Shown here piece by piece: positions 1-9,519 of a DNA stretch of 51,962 bases. The stretch spans positions 1 to 51,962 of the forward strand of contig JAGCJI010000069.1 in the NCBI GenBank assembly GCA_017648085.1, written 5' to 3'. The number at the start of each line of letters is the position of its first letter. Positions within the stretch are counted from its first letter, which is position 1. The translations under genes and the position numbers were made by a program. Origin of the DNA: Clostridia bacterium. GTDB lineage: Bacteria; Bacillota; Clostridia; Oscillospirales; CAG-272. The notes under the pieces were generated by a model. It was not told the origin of the DNA and ran no database searches. It was given only the letters and a program-made list of their open reading frames with translations.

Positions 1-201
1 GAAGTTCGTTTTACCGTCAACTACAAGGTCGACCTTTTTCTCGGGCTCGGGAGATTTAAGCTGCTCTTTACAGCTGTCGCATATGCCGTCACCGTCATCG
101 TCCTTATGCGTGCAGGGCTTCTCGCCGCAAGCAAAGGTAAAGAGCGTCATCGACATAACGAGCAGTATGAGCAAGAGCCTTCTAAAAGCATTTTTCTTCA
201 T
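1..201 (-). CDS. Lipoprotein, N-terminal 67 codons only (the gene runs off the left edge). The N-terminus is paralogous to that of the 359..3277 product.
   Basis: The reverse complement of 1..201 reads MKKNAFRRLLLILLVMSMTLFTFACGEKPCTHKDDDGDGICDSCKEQLKSPEPEKKVDLVVDGKTNF, open to the window edge. A GAGGTGG RBS lies at 208..214, 6 nt before the ATG at 201. It has a signal peptide with a Cys lipobox-like site. The C-x-H-x-D-x-DG-x-G-x-CD-x-C motif and the following V-x-DG-x-x-NF match residues 28-68 of the 972-aa lipoprotein. It is absent from the ORF track because it has no in-window stop. Confidence 0.6.
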   Translation of the reverse strand, partial: MKKNAFRRLLLILLVMSMTLFTFACGEKPCTHKDDDGDGICDSCKEQLKSPEPEKKVDLVVDGKTNF

Positions 202-315
202 ACCTTACCACCTCAATTTACAGTATTACGATTTTATTGTAACACACGCGCGTAATACGCGCAAGCCAATTTTTTATCCTTTTGTGCATTTGTTTTGTTT
301 TTTAGTTCTATTTTG

Positions 316-351
316 ATAATAAAAGGGATGCCTTGCACGGCAAAGCATCCC
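316..351 (-). terminator. Rho-independent terminator downstream of the 359..3277 gene
   Basis: On the minus strand, GGGATGCTTTGC-CGT-GCAAGGCATCCC forms a 12-bp stem with one G.U pair and is followed by TTTTATT. It starts 8 nt after the stop codon. Confidence 0.65.
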
Positions 352-358
352 CGAAGAT

Positions 359-3277
359 TTATCTGAAAATAAAGTCACCGACGTTCTCGCCCGCCGTGCC
401 TATAACGTATTTTTTGTCGCCGTAGCAGAATTTTGTGTCGCCGAAGAAACCGCCGTAGTTTTCTACGTCATCATAGTGAGCGCCGTCACTTATTCCCTTG
501 CCCGACGTGTCGGCAACGACGAATTTATAGCCATTGGGATTGGACCGTATTTCAATAAATTCGGGAGGAAGAATAACGTTGAAATTCTCGCGGTCCGACT
601 TATTTTTGACAACACCGCCCTCGTTTGCACTGACGCGGTCCTTGTCGTATGCAATTCCGCTATCCGGAACAAGCACACCGTCCTTATACTCTCCCGTACC
701 GTCCACCACACCGTCGTAGTTCTTGTCAAGATAAGAGTATCTCGGTGGCGTTTTGGCAGTATATTCAAGATGCATCCGCACGTCGGTGAGTGCATTTGAA
801 AGCTGAAGCTCCGTGCTGCCGTATCTCTCATCATTTTCCGCATAGATTATCTCTATTCCGTCGATTATCAAATTCGGGAAGGCACATACGTATCCGAAAT
901 CCCAGTTGGTGTAAAATTGGGAAAGGATCACGAGCGGATTTTCCTTACCGTCGCGAGTATCGAAGGCTGCGTAGCATTTAACGTTTTGCAGTGTCACGGT
1001 TCCGTCCCAGGTTGAGCCGTAGTCCGATCGAAGCTTGACTATGGCATCGGGCGAGCCCGAGCCATCGGCGTAAACCACGGAATCCTTGATCAACATATCG
1101 CCTCCGCCGGTCAGCGACATCTCACCCACGTGAGAACCGATGACCGCACCGCCTACAAGACCGGCGTGAGAATCAAATCGGGACATAGTGGAATTGATAA
1201 ACTGCATATTTTTCGTATAGTTTGCTCCGCCAAGTCCCCAGAACACCGCCGTGTTTAAGGATTTGTACGCGATCGGGTTCATACTAAGCTGTGCGCCCGG
1301 CGTGCCCTCGGGAACGCCCGTAATTTCACCCGTGGCGTAATCTATAGTGATCCAGAAATTAGACTGATAGCATTCCTCGTAAAATATGTTACACGCCTCG
1401 TGTACCGAGTAGTCGTAAGTGCCTGGTGTTCCGCTACCTACGCCTTTATATTTACGGTAGCACCTTCTGCCCGTAAGAGTGCAGCGTAAAAATCTTACGT
1501 TGTTTGCGTAGTCGGCACAGAAAAAGCCGTTATACGCACTGCCAAGTATGCCAGCCTCCTGCTCGTTAAGTGAAATCTCATTTTTAACAATATGCTTAAC
1601 GTCAATAACGTTTACGTTTGAGCGCTGTACGTCGATTCCGCGGTGAATGTACCCGCCGTATACGCCTATCGCCACGCCGTTTTCGCGTATAACGTTGTCG
1701 GCCCTGCTGGCAAGGGTAGTGAATTCACCGCCCTTTATGGTGATAGGCTCTGAATCGATCTCGTATACGGCGATATTCGCGAGAAAGTTGTAGTCGAAGA
1801 ACACGGGAGTCGACGGATCAACGTTTCCGTCCTTATCAAGCACTATCATCTCGTGCATACCGTTTCCGTCAAAGGAACTGTATCCTACGCGGCGGTACAC
1901 CCTGTGAGTTCCGTTGAAGGGTCTTATCATAACCGGTCTGTCAACGCCGGTCAGCTTAATATTCGTAGTTCCGCGGCCGAGCCCCGCCGCAAGAATTCGA
2001 TTGAGCTCCTCTGTGGAATCGATCTGCCACTCCTCTTTATCCGGAAGGACGTAAAACAAGTGAAGTCTCGCCATATCAGTACCGTCAAAGGTCGAAATAT
2101 CGGTATCGTCTATTATGAATTTTGCGCCGGTCCAATCGGTATTGGTCTTTATCGTAATAAAGGTCGGCTTGCCAAACGCGTCACGGGTATCGTGAATACG
2201 GTAGACCTTGCCGGGCGTTGCCTTGACAGTTTGACCGCACTGATTTGCAAGCTCGTGCGCGCGGTAAATAGCCCAATAATCGTCGGTCATTCCATTGCCG
2301 GTAGCACCCATGTCGTCATAATATATAACGTCAACGTCGCGCTGATAAACTCTGCCGGTCAGTTGAACGACTCCGTTTTCCGCGGATATACCGGCAAGGA
2401 AAGTGTCCACCGCCGAAGCGAGCATATTATCGTATGCACATTCAATCGTGAGCTGCTCTTTGGAATTGACGTTTATCTCAAAGCCGCCCTGCACGCTGCC
2501 CTTCGGAACTTTATTTATGATTATGGATTTATCGGCATCGTCAAGCCCGACTATATCGGGATAAAAGCCCATTTTTACGTATAGGTAATCGCGTATAGCC
2601 TCTGCCGCCGCCATATACGTGGGGTTTTGCGTGTCGGTAGCAATGCTGTAGTCACGTATTGAGGACGAGCCGATCGTAAAGGATATGACGTCGTATTTCG
2701 TCTGGATCTTCACCTCATCCATCTTATCTGTAAAGACAAACTCGTCCATAATATCGCCGTCCGCATATGGAGCGGTGACGATAGAGGTGAATTTTTTGAT
2801 TGCCTCGGAAAGAGCATCGGTTGAGCCGGCGGAAATAACCACTTTTGATCCCATCATTTTGATAGCATACCCCTCAACACCTAGGGTATGCTCGTCGATA
2901 TCGTATTCAGCTCCGCGGTTTTGCACGTTGCCTATAAGTACCTCAATATTCTGGATCATTTTCTTGGCGTCTTCTTCGACGGTTTTAACCTCAACGCCAA
3001 GCTTTTTAAAGGCGAGGGTAGCCTTGTTAAGCTCGTAGGAAACTATAGAAGGCGCATCCTTTTCCAACACGAAATGGAAGTTAGCCTCGCCGTCTATGAC
3101 AAGAACCACCTCGTCCTCTGTCGACGGCGGCTTTTTTGCCATATCCTTATCGCATTTGTCGCACACGCCGTTGCCGTCGTTATCACTATGGATACAAGGC
3201 AGATTAAGGGTTAAGGAGCAGGAGGAAAGCATGATAACGGTTATTGCTACGAGTAGTGCTGCCAGAAATCTCTTCAT
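359..3277 (-). CDS. Surface lipoprotein with two N-terminal alpha/beta modules and a C-terminal ~650-aa right-handed beta-helix (pectate-lyase-superfamily / tailspike-like) module. Labelled paralog P1.
   Basis: 972-aa ORF. It has a signal peptide and lipobox (MKRFLAALLVAITVIMLSSC). Residues ~315-972 align by eye with the four upstream ~650-aa ORFs: GATGNGMTDDY, RRCYRK, WGLGGANYTKNMQFINSTMSRFDSHAGL, SDYGSTWDGT and the C-terminal GGFFGDTKF. The G-x-G(D/N)G-x-TDD start motif is typical of Pectate_lyase_3-type beta-helix proteins. The N-terminal EGYAIKM..KVVISAGS-type modules weakly resemble GH20/GH67 N-domains. Confidence 0.85.
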   Translation of the reverse strand: MKRFLAALLVAITVIMLSSCSLTLNLPCIHSDNDGNGVCDKCDKDMAKKPPSTEDEVVLVIDGEANFHFVLEKDAPSIVSYELNKATLAFKKLGVEVKTVEEDAKKMIQNIEVLIGNVQNRGAEYDIDEHTLGVEGYAIKMMGSKVVISAGSTDALSEAIKKFTSIVTAPYADGDIMDEFVFTDKMDEVKIQTKYDVISFTIGSSSIRDYSIATDTQNPTYMAAAEAIRDYLYVKMGFYPDIVGLDDADKSIIINKVPKGSVQGGFEINVNSKEQLTIECAYDNMLASAVDTFLAGISAENGVVQLTGRVYQRDVDVIYYDDMGATGNGMTDDYWAIYRAHELANQCGQTVKATPGKVYRIHDTRDAFGKPTFITIKTNTDWTGAKFIIDDTDISTFDGTDMARLHLFYVLPDKEEWQIDSTEELNRILAAGLGRGTTNIKLTGVDRPVMIRPFNGTHRVYRRVGYSSFDGNGMHEMIVLDKDGNVDPSTPVFFDYNFLANIAVYEIDSEPITIKGGEFTTLASRADNVIRENGVAIGVYGGYIHRGIDVQRSNVNVIDVKHIVKNEISLNEQEAGILGSAYNGFFCADYANNVRFLRCTLTGRRCYRKYKGVGSGTPGTYDYSVHEACNIFYEECYQSNFWITIDYATGEITGVPEGTPGAQLSMNPIAYKSLNTAVFWGLGGANYTKNMQFINSTMSRFDSHAGLVGGAVIGSHVGEMSLTGGGDMLIKDSVVYADGSGSPDAIVKLRSDYGSTWDGTVTLQNVKCYAAFDTRDGKENPLVILSQFYTNWDFGYVCAFPNLIIDGIEIIYAENDERYGSTELQLSNALTDVRMHLEYTAKTPPRYSYLDKNYDGVVDGTGEYKDGVLVPDSGIAYDKDRVSANEGGVVKNKSDRENFNVILPPEFIEIRSNPNGYKFVVADTSGKGISDGAHYDDVENYGGFFGDTKFCYGDKKYVIGTAGENVGDFIFR

Positions 3278-3337
3278 CGGTTTCCGTTCCTCCGGCGTCG
3301 GAGGTCCTTTCTTTTGTAGAGAGCATGCGCATCCGTG

Positions 3338-5281
3338 TCAAGTTTTCACAAATTCAAACGTCGCGGTGTCACTATGGTTCGTACCGAGATAGTATTCGTC
3401 AGCGCCATTACCAAAGTAGAATTTCGTGTCGCCGAAGAAGCCGCCAAGGCTATCGAGCTCATCGTAATATTTGCCGTCGCTTATACCGCTGCCCGACGTA
3501 TCGGGAACACGGAAAATATATTTATTCTCACTCTGCAATATCTTGATAAAGAGCGGCGGGCGCACGGGGTTTTCGTTCTTGTAGCTTGTGGGATGCATAA
3601 CACCGCTATTACTCGGAACTCCGTCGTAGGGAATATCTGTGCCGTCAACAAAACCGTCACCGTCAAGGTCGACCTTGGCATAAATGGGATGCGATGCGGT
3701 GGTGGTAGGCAAGTGGATCGCCGGCTCGTCCTTAAGCGTCGGGCGGGTAAGGTTTATATTATATCCGTCGGGCAGTGGCTCGCCGGTTTCCTGGTCGTAA
3801 TACGTAAGACCTTCAACCTCCACGTTCGGGAAGCAGGACTGATATCCGGGATACCAATTTATGTACCCGTGTCGAATTAAAAAGCTCGGGCGGTCGGTCA
3901 GAATATACGCCTTTACGTTTTTGACGGTTACCGTGCCGTCCCAGGGAGAGCCGTAATCCTCGCGCATTCCGAAAAGCGCGTCGCCGTACTTTATTCCCTC
4001 TCCGACCCAAGTCGAGTTTTCAATAATCATATGTCCGCCGCCGACGATTGAAATGGTGTTGTAGGTGGAGTCGATTACTTTGCCGTTATAAAGTCCGGCG
4101 TGCGCATCAAAGCGGGACATTGTGGAGCCGATAAACTCCATATTCTTGGTGTAATTTACACCGCCAAGACCCCAATACACCGCGAAATCTATGCCGCCAA
4201 AAGAGGTCTGGCGCAGGCTGTGAACGGCGCCGGGGGTGTCCTTGGTTGCCGGCTTTACCTCGCCGGTTTCCATATCTATAGTTATCCAGAAATTGGACTG
4301 ATGGCAATTTTTAAATACAAGCTTGTTGCAGTCGTCGCCTGTGTAATCGTAGGAGCCGCTGGTGCCGCTGCCTGCGCCGGGAACGTTGTTTTTGCGGAAG
4401 CATCTTTTGCCGGTAAGCACGCAGTCCTCAATAGTTACGCCGTGCGCGCCCGAAACCTCAAAAAATCCGTTATAGGTCGGGCCGAGTATGCCGGAGGCCT
4501 GCTCCGCAAGAGTTATTTCTCCCGTGACGTAATGCTTAACGTTTTTGACGGTAGTATGGGAGCGTGTGATTTTAAGTCCACGCTGAATAAAGCCGTTGCG
4601 CGCGCGAAGCACCTTGCCGCTCTCATCGCGTTCAAGTATATCTATATGGCTTGCGCGAGTGGTAAACGTTCCGTTCTGAACAGTCAGGGGGCGTACTCTC
4701 AAATCCACCACCTTGATGTAATCGATATAGTCGTAGTTGAAGAGCACGGGGGTTTCGGGATCAATATTTCCCTCTCCGTCAAGGACTATGACCTCGTGTG
4801 TAAGGCCGCCGAGATGCGAGCCGAAGCCGATTCGGCGGTAAACGCGGTTGGTCGAGGAATACGGAATGATCATGACCGGGTAGTCAACGCCCGGCAGGTT
4901 TATCCTTTTCGTATCCGGATTAAGTCCCGACTTTGCAAGGGAGTCAAGAAGCTCTCTGTCCTCTATGAGCGTCGGCTCGCTGTCAGGCAGAATATAGAAA
5001 ATATCCTTTTTTGTAACGCCGGTGCCGTCAAAATGTATGAAATTAGTGTCCTCAATTATAAAGCTTGCACCGCACCAATCAACGTCGGTTTTGATTTCGA
5101 CCGAATGGACGAGTCCCTCCCTGTCGCGCGTGTCACCTATAAGATAGGTATCCTCGGGATGTGCAACGACGGACAGACCGTTTGCGTTTGCGTATTCGTG
5201 CGTTGCCTTTATTGCAAAAAAATCATTCGTAATTCCGTCGCCGACCGCGCCGAAATCTCTGTAACTTACCGTTGTTTTCAT
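3338..5281 (-). CDS. Leaderless beta-helix (pectate-lyase-superfamily / tailspike-like) protein, paralog P2
   Basis: 647-aa ORF with a GGAGAT RBS 7 nt upstream. It starts MKTTVSYRDFGAVGDGITNDFF with no signal peptide. It shares YWGLGGVNYTKNMEFIGSTMSRFDAHAGL, EDYGSPWDGTVT, DLDGDGFVDGTD and GGFFGDTKFYFG with its paralogs. Confidence 0.9.
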   Translation of the reverse strand: MKTTVSYRDFGAVGDGITNDFFAIKATHEYANANGLSVVAHPEDTYLIGDTRDREGLVHSVEIKTDVDWCGASFIIEDTNFIHFDGTGVTKKDIFYILPDSEPTLIEDRELLDSLAKSGLNPDTKRINLPGVDYPVMIIPYSSTNRVYRRIGFGSHLGGLTHEVIVLDGEGNIDPETPVLFNYDYIDYIKVVDLRVRPLTVQNGTFTTRASHIDILERDESGKVLRARNGFIQRGLKITRSHTTVKNVKHYVTGEITLAEQASGILGPTYNGFFEVSGAHGVTIEDCVLTGKRCFRKNNVPGAGSGTSGSYDYTGDDCNKLVFKNCHQSNFWITIDMETGEVKPATKDTPGAVHSLRQTSFGGIDFAVYWGLGGVNYTKNMEFIGSTMSRFDAHAGLYNGKVIDSTYNTISIVGGGHMIIENSTWVGEGIKYGDALFGMREDYGSPWDGTVTVKNVKAYILTDRPSFLIRHGYINWYPGYQSCFPNVEVEGLTYYDQETGEPLPDGYNINLTRPTLKDEPAIHLPTTTASHPIYAKVDLDGDGFVDGTDIPYDGVPSNSGVMHPTSYKNENPVRPPLFIKILQSENKYIFRVPDTSGSGISDGKYYDELDSLGGFFGDTKFYFGNGADEYYLGTNHSDTATFEFVKT

Positions 5282-5401
5282 AGCTGAATCTCCTTTTTTT
5301 GCCCGCGAGGGCAGTTAATCTAAGTTATACAACTCAAAGTGCCGGTGCGCAAGCACCTTGTTTGCTTTTTACGTGTCCTTGTTTGAAAGATGTCCGCGGT
5401 G

Positions 5402-7342
5402 TCAGTTAAAGACGAAGGGACCGACCTCTCCGATTTCCGTGCCAACAACGTAATCTACGGCAGAATAGTAAAATTTAGTGTCGCCGAAGAAGCCGCCCGC
5501 ATTTTCAACGTCATCGTAATAGTCGCCGTCGCTTATTCCGGCACCTGCCGTAGAGGCAAGAGTAAAGCGGCATCCGCCGTCCTGAATTATCTTAATATAT
5601 TCCGGGGGGCGTACGGGATTTTCGTTTGTGTAGCTTGTCGGGTGCATAACTCCGCCGTTGCTTGGCACTCCGTCGTAAGGAATGTCGGTGCCGTCAATCA
5701 GCCCGTCGCCGTCAAAATCGACCTTTGCATAATAGGGGTGCGATGCCGTAGTGGTGGGCAAATGCATTGCCGGCTCAAAGCCCGACGAGAATCTGAAGAG
5801 TTTTATTTCGTAGCCGTCGGGTAAGGGTAGTCCGGTTTCCTGGTCGTAGTACGTAAGGTTTTCAACCACGACGTTAGGATATGCCACGGGGTATCCGAAG
5901 TACCAGTTAGTATAACCGCAACGAATCAGATAGCTCGGGCGGCTGGTGAAAATATACGCCTTCACGTTTCTGACCGTGACGGTTCCGTCCCAAGGCGAGC
6001 CGTAGTCCTCACGCATACCGAAAAGCGAGTCGCCCGATTTTATGCCCTCGCCCACCCACGTCGAGTTTTCAACGAGCATATTTCCGCCGCCGACGATGGA
6101 AATCGTGTTGTAGGTGGAGTCGATTATTTTTCCGTTATAAAGCCCCTGGTGCGCATCGAAGCGAGACATCGTAGAGCCTATAAACTCGAGATTTTTACAG
6201 TAGTTAACTCCGCCAAGACCCCAATACACCGCAAAATCTATACCGCCGTAGGTGGTTTGGCGCAAGCTGTGTATTGCACCGGGAGTGCCTTCCGGCACGG
6301 GAGTTATCTCTCCGGTTTCCATATCAAGAGTTATCCAAAAATTAGACTGATAACAGTTCTTGAAAACGATTTTGTTGGATTCGTCTGCGCGATAATCGTA
6401 AGTACCGCTTGTGCCGCTTCCCGCGCCGGGAACGTTGTTTTTGCGGTAACATCTTCTTCCCGTCAGAACACAATCAAGCATAGTGACACCGTGAGCGCGC
6501 TCAACCGCGAAAAATCCGCTGTAAGTAGGACCGAGCATACCGCGCGCCTGCTCCGCAAGCGTTATCTCGCCCGTCACGTAATGCTTTATTCCCTGCACGG
6601 TCGTGTTCGAGCGCATTATCTTAAGTCCGCGCGCAATATAGCCGTTACGGGCCCTGATGACCTTGCCCTCTCCGTCGCGCTCCAAAATATCAATATGGCT
6701 TGCGCGAGTGGTTATGTTAGCGTTTTTGACTGTTATGGCACGCTCGGCAAGGCTTATTACGGTAATATAGTCGAGGTGGTCATAATCGAACATAAGGGGC
6801 GTTTGCTGGTCAACGTTTCCATCCTTGTCTATAACCACTACCTCGCGTGTCACTCCGCCGAGGAAGTGCGAGGAAAAGCCGATGCGGCGGTAAACTCCGC
6901 CCCCCTTCGTGTTATAAGGAATTATCATAGCGGGATAATCAACCCCGGGGATTGCTATTCTTTCGGTTTTGGAATTCAATCCCTTGAGAACTATATCCGA
7001 AAGCACGCCCTCGTCCTCAATTTTGATAGGCTCTTTGTCGGGCAGGATTTTAAAAACGTTCTCCAAGGCGACACGGGTACCGTCGAAATGGATAAAATCA
7101 GTGTCGTCTATGATTATATTTGCGCCTTGCCAATCGACGTCGGTCTTTATTGATATAAAATTAAGAGAGCCGTCCTCGCTGCGCGTGTCGTGCACAAGAT
7201 AGGTGTCCTCGGAATCGGCTACGACGGAAAGTCCATACGCATTTGCATAGTCATGCGCCGCCTTCATTGCAAAGAAGTCGTTGGTGACTCCGTCACCCTT
7301 CGCACCAAAATCCCTATAGCTGACAGTTTTCCGTGTTTGCAT
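5402..7342 (-). CDS. Leaderless beta-helix protein, paralog P3
   Basis: The ORF is open from 7360, but a GGGAGA RBS sits 7 nt before the second ATG (7342). That start gives MQTRKTVSYRDFGAKGDGVTNDFF, collinear with P2. By eye it is high (roughly 70%) aa identity to P2 over the full length. Confidence 0.9.
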   Translation of the reverse strand: MQTRKTVSYRDFGAKGDGVTNDFFAMKAAHDYANAYGLSVVADSEDTYLVHDTRSEDGSLNFISIKTDVDWQGANIIIDDTDFIHFDGTRVALENVFKILPDKEPIKIEDEGVLSDIVLKGLNSKTERIAIPGVDYPAMIIPYNTKGGGVYRRIGFSSHFLGGVTREVVVIDKDGNVDQQTPLMFDYDHLDYITVISLAERAITVKNANITTRASHIDILERDGEGKVIRARNGYIARGLKIMRSNTTVQGIKHYVTGEITLAEQARGMLGPTYSGFFAVERAHGVTMLDCVLTGRRCYRKNNVPGAGSGTSGTYDYRADESNKIVFKNCYQSNFWITLDMETGEITPVPEGTPGAIHSLRQTTYGGIDFAVYWGLGGVNYCKNLEFIGSTMSRFDAHQGLYNGKIIDSTYNTISIVGGGNMLVENSTWVGEGIKSGDSLFGMREDYGSPWDGTVTVRNVKAYIFTSRPSYLIRCGYTNWYFGYPVAYPNVVVENLTYYDQETGLPLPDGYEIKLFRFSSGFEPAMHLPTTTASHPYYAKVDFDGDGLIDGTDIPYDGVPSNGGVMHPTSYTNENPVRPPEYIKIIQDGGCRFTLASTAGAGISDGDYYDDVENAGGFFGDTKFYYSAVDYVVGTEIGEVGPFVFN

Positions 7343-7371
7343 TATATAATCTCCCACCATGCTTTTACATC

Positions 7372-7400
7372 ACTATACCGCCCGACGCGGTAAAAGTCAA
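7372..7400 (-). promoter_or_regulatory. Sigma-70-type promoter for paralog P3
   Basis: The minus strand reads TTGACT, a 17-nt spacer, then TATAGT. It lies ~30 nt upstream of the P3 start, in the P4-P3 intergenic region. Confidence 0.55.
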
Positions 7401-7449
7401 TGCAGAACCCGACTTTATCCTTAAAACGCCAAATTTCAAGGATAATGTG

Positions 7450-9387
7450 TTATATAAATTTAAATATTTCGGTATCGGTATGGTCGGTGCCGAGGTAATA
7501 GTCATCCTCGCCATCGCCATAGTAAAATTTAGTTCCGCCGAAGAAACCGCCGAAATTATCCGCAGCGTTATAATATCCGCCGTCGCTGACTCCGCATCCC
7601 GCAGTTTTAGGAACGGCAAAAGCGAAGCCCGCACCGTTGCCGCATATCTTAACGTATTCGGGTGGCTTAACGGGGTTAAGATTCTCATTGCTGCCCTCGT
7701 AAATTATACCCGTGCTGTCGGGAATACCGTCGTACAGTATATCCGTTCCGTCAACGAAACCGTCGCCATCCGCGTCGATCTTTGCAAAAATCGGGTGGCT
7801 GTTCTTCGTTTCGGGAAGGTGAAGCGCAGGCTCAAGAAGCATAGACTCTCCGGTGAGATAAATGACGTGACCGCGCGGCAACGGCTCACCCGTTTTGAAA
7901 TCGTATACAGTGAGCGAGTCGACCTCTATATTCGGGAAGCAGGACTGATATCCGCAATACCAGTTGAGATATCCGTGACCCGCAAGACGGCAGGGCTTTT
8001 CGGGGTTAACGTAGGCCTTCACGTTCTTCAGTGTGATCCTTCCATCCCAAGGAGATCCGTAGTCGGAGCGCATACCAAGCAGCGTGTCGCCCTTGTTGTG
8101 ATCAAGTCCCATAAGAGTAGAATTTTCAATAACCATATCGCCACCGCCCACGAGTGATACCGTGTTTACGGTGGAATTGATAATTTTTCCGTTCATAAGT
8201 CCTGCGTGAGCGTCAAAGCGAGAAAGGGTTGAGTCTATGAACTGCATATTTTTGGTGTAATTTGCTCCGCCAAGTCCCCAATATATCTTGAAGTTGATAT
8301 TGCCGAACGCAGTTGCCGTCATGCTTAACTGTGCCCCGGGCGTGTCCGCGGTCGCAGGCTTTATCTCTCCGGTTTCCATATCTATCGTTATCCAGAAATT
8401 AGACTGGTGGCAGTTTTTAAATATTACGAGGTTGGAATCGTTAACGGTGTAATCGTACGAGCCGCTCGTTCCGCGTCCCGCCCCGGGAACGTTGTTTTTG
8501 CGAAAGCATCTTTTTGCGGTCAGAATGCAATCCTGAAATGTGACTGCATGTGCGCCCGTTGCTCCGAAAAATCCGTTATAGGTCGGTCCGAGCATACCCT
8601 TTGCCTGCTCTGCAAGAGTAACCTCCCCCGTCACGTAATGCTTTACGTTTTTTACGGTCGTAAAGGAACGCATAACTTCAATACCGCGCTGTATGTAGCC
8701 GTTGCGAGAACGGATCGCGTTTCCCTCCGCATCCCTCTCCACTATGTCAAAGTGGCTGGCGCGTGTGGTAAAGGTCGCGTTTTCGAGCGTAATATGCGGC
8801 TCGTCAAGGCGAGTAAGCTTTACCGAGTCGAGAGCCGAATATTTAAACAGAAAGTGCGTGTCGTCCGACACGTAGCCATCCTTATCCAGCACGACGACCT
8901 CGTGCGTTACACCGCCCACGTGTGAGCCGAAGCCACGGCGGCGGTAAACTCTGTTGGAGGAATCGTAGGGCGTCATCATAACCGGATAGTCAACGCCGGG
9001 GATAACTACCCTCTCTGTTGAACGGTCAAAGCCCGAGCCGAGAATCTCTGCAAGGACGTCCTCATCGTCAACCGTTACGGGCTCGGTGTCGGGCAAAACT
9101 ATAAACAGGTCCTGTGCCGTGACACCCGTGCCGTCGAAATGCATGAAATTCGTATCGTCAATTATAAAGCTTGCGCCACGCCAATCAACGTCGGTTTTAA
9201 CCTCTACGTAATGAACGTTGCCCTCCGCATCTCGCGTATCGGATATAAGATAGGTATCCTCGGGATGCGCGATAACCGAGCATCCGTTCTGATTGGCATA
9301 TTCGTGCGCCGCCTTTATTGCAAAAAAGTCGTTCGTGATGCCATCGCCAACCACACCGAAATCCCTATAGCTTACAGTTTTTTTCAT
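7450..9387 (-). CDS. Leaderless beta-helix protein, paralog P4
   Basis: The ORF-track start at 9402 is a GTG. The ATG at 9387 gives MKKTVSYRDFGVVGDGITNDFF, collinear with P2 and P3 (AAGGTG lies upstream). The same conserved motifs are present: YWGLGGANYTKNMQFIDSTLSRFDAHAGL, DADGDGFVDGTD and GGFFGGTKFYYG. Confidence 0.88.
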   Translation of the reverse strand: MKKTVSYRDFGVVGDGITNDFFAIKAAHEYANQNGCSVIAHPEDTYLISDTRDAEGNVHYVEVKTDVDWRGASFIIDDTNFMHFDGTGVTAQDLFIVLPDTEPVTVDDEDVLAEILGSGFDRSTERVVIPGVDYPVMMTPYDSSNRVYRRRGFGSHVGGVTHEVVVLDKDGYVSDDTHFLFKYSALDSVKLTRLDEPHITLENATFTTRASHFDIVERDAEGNAIRSRNGYIQRGIEVMRSFTTVKNVKHYVTGEVTLAEQAKGMLGPTYNGFFGATGAHAVTFQDCILTAKRCFRKNNVPGAGRGTSGSYDYTVNDSNLVIFKNCHQSNFWITIDMETGEIKPATADTPGAQLSMTATAFGNINFKIYWGLGGANYTKNMQFIDSTLSRFDAHAGLMNGKIINSTVNTVSLVGGGDMVIENSTLMGLDHNKGDTLLGMRSDYGSPWDGRITLKNVKAYVNPEKPCRLAGHGYLNWYCGYQSCFPNIEVDSLTVYDFKTGEPLPRGHVIYLTGESMLLEPALHLPETKNSHPIFAKIDADGDGFVDGTDILYDGIPDSTGIIYEGSNENLNPVKPPEYVKICGNGAGFAFAVPKTAGCGVSDGGYYNAADNFGGFFGGTKFYYGDGEDDYYLGTDHTDTEIFKFI

Positions 9388-9427
9388 AATCGAAAATTTC
9401 ACCTTTGTTCTTTATATGGTATACCAC

Positions 9428-9455
9428 ATTATATCACTCACGTTTTTTCACACAA
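9428..9455 (-). promoter_or_regulatory. Sigma-70-type promoter for paralog P4
   Basis: The minus strand reads TTGTGT, a 16-nt spacer, then TATAAT, in the P5-P4 intergenic region. Confidence 0.45.
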
Positions 9456-9519
9456 GCACTCCGTTTACTTTTATTGAGTCCTTATTTGTATCTATCTCGA
9501 CTCCTCGGCTTTTTCGAAA

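Noticed and set aside
83-316. 77-aa plus-strand ORF at the left end.
   Set aside because: It overlaps the better-supported minus-strand lipoprotein N-terminus (1..201, with RBS, signal peptide and a paralogous motif) and the terminator/promoter region. It has no RBS.
3560-3680. Considered the DLDGDGFVDGTD motif as a cellulosomal dockerin.
   Set aside because: Only one Ca-loop is present per protein, without the duplicated ~22-aa F-hand pair and the following helix pattern of type I-III dockerins. It is treated only as a generic Ca-binding-like loop.
5296-5320. GCCC-TCGC-GGGC hairpin with an adjacent homopolymer run between P3 and P2. Considered as a terminator.
   Set aside because: On the transcribed (minus) strand the hairpin is followed by an A-run, not a U-run. 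On the plus strand the T-run precedes the stem. It is not a canonical intrinsic terminator in either orientation.
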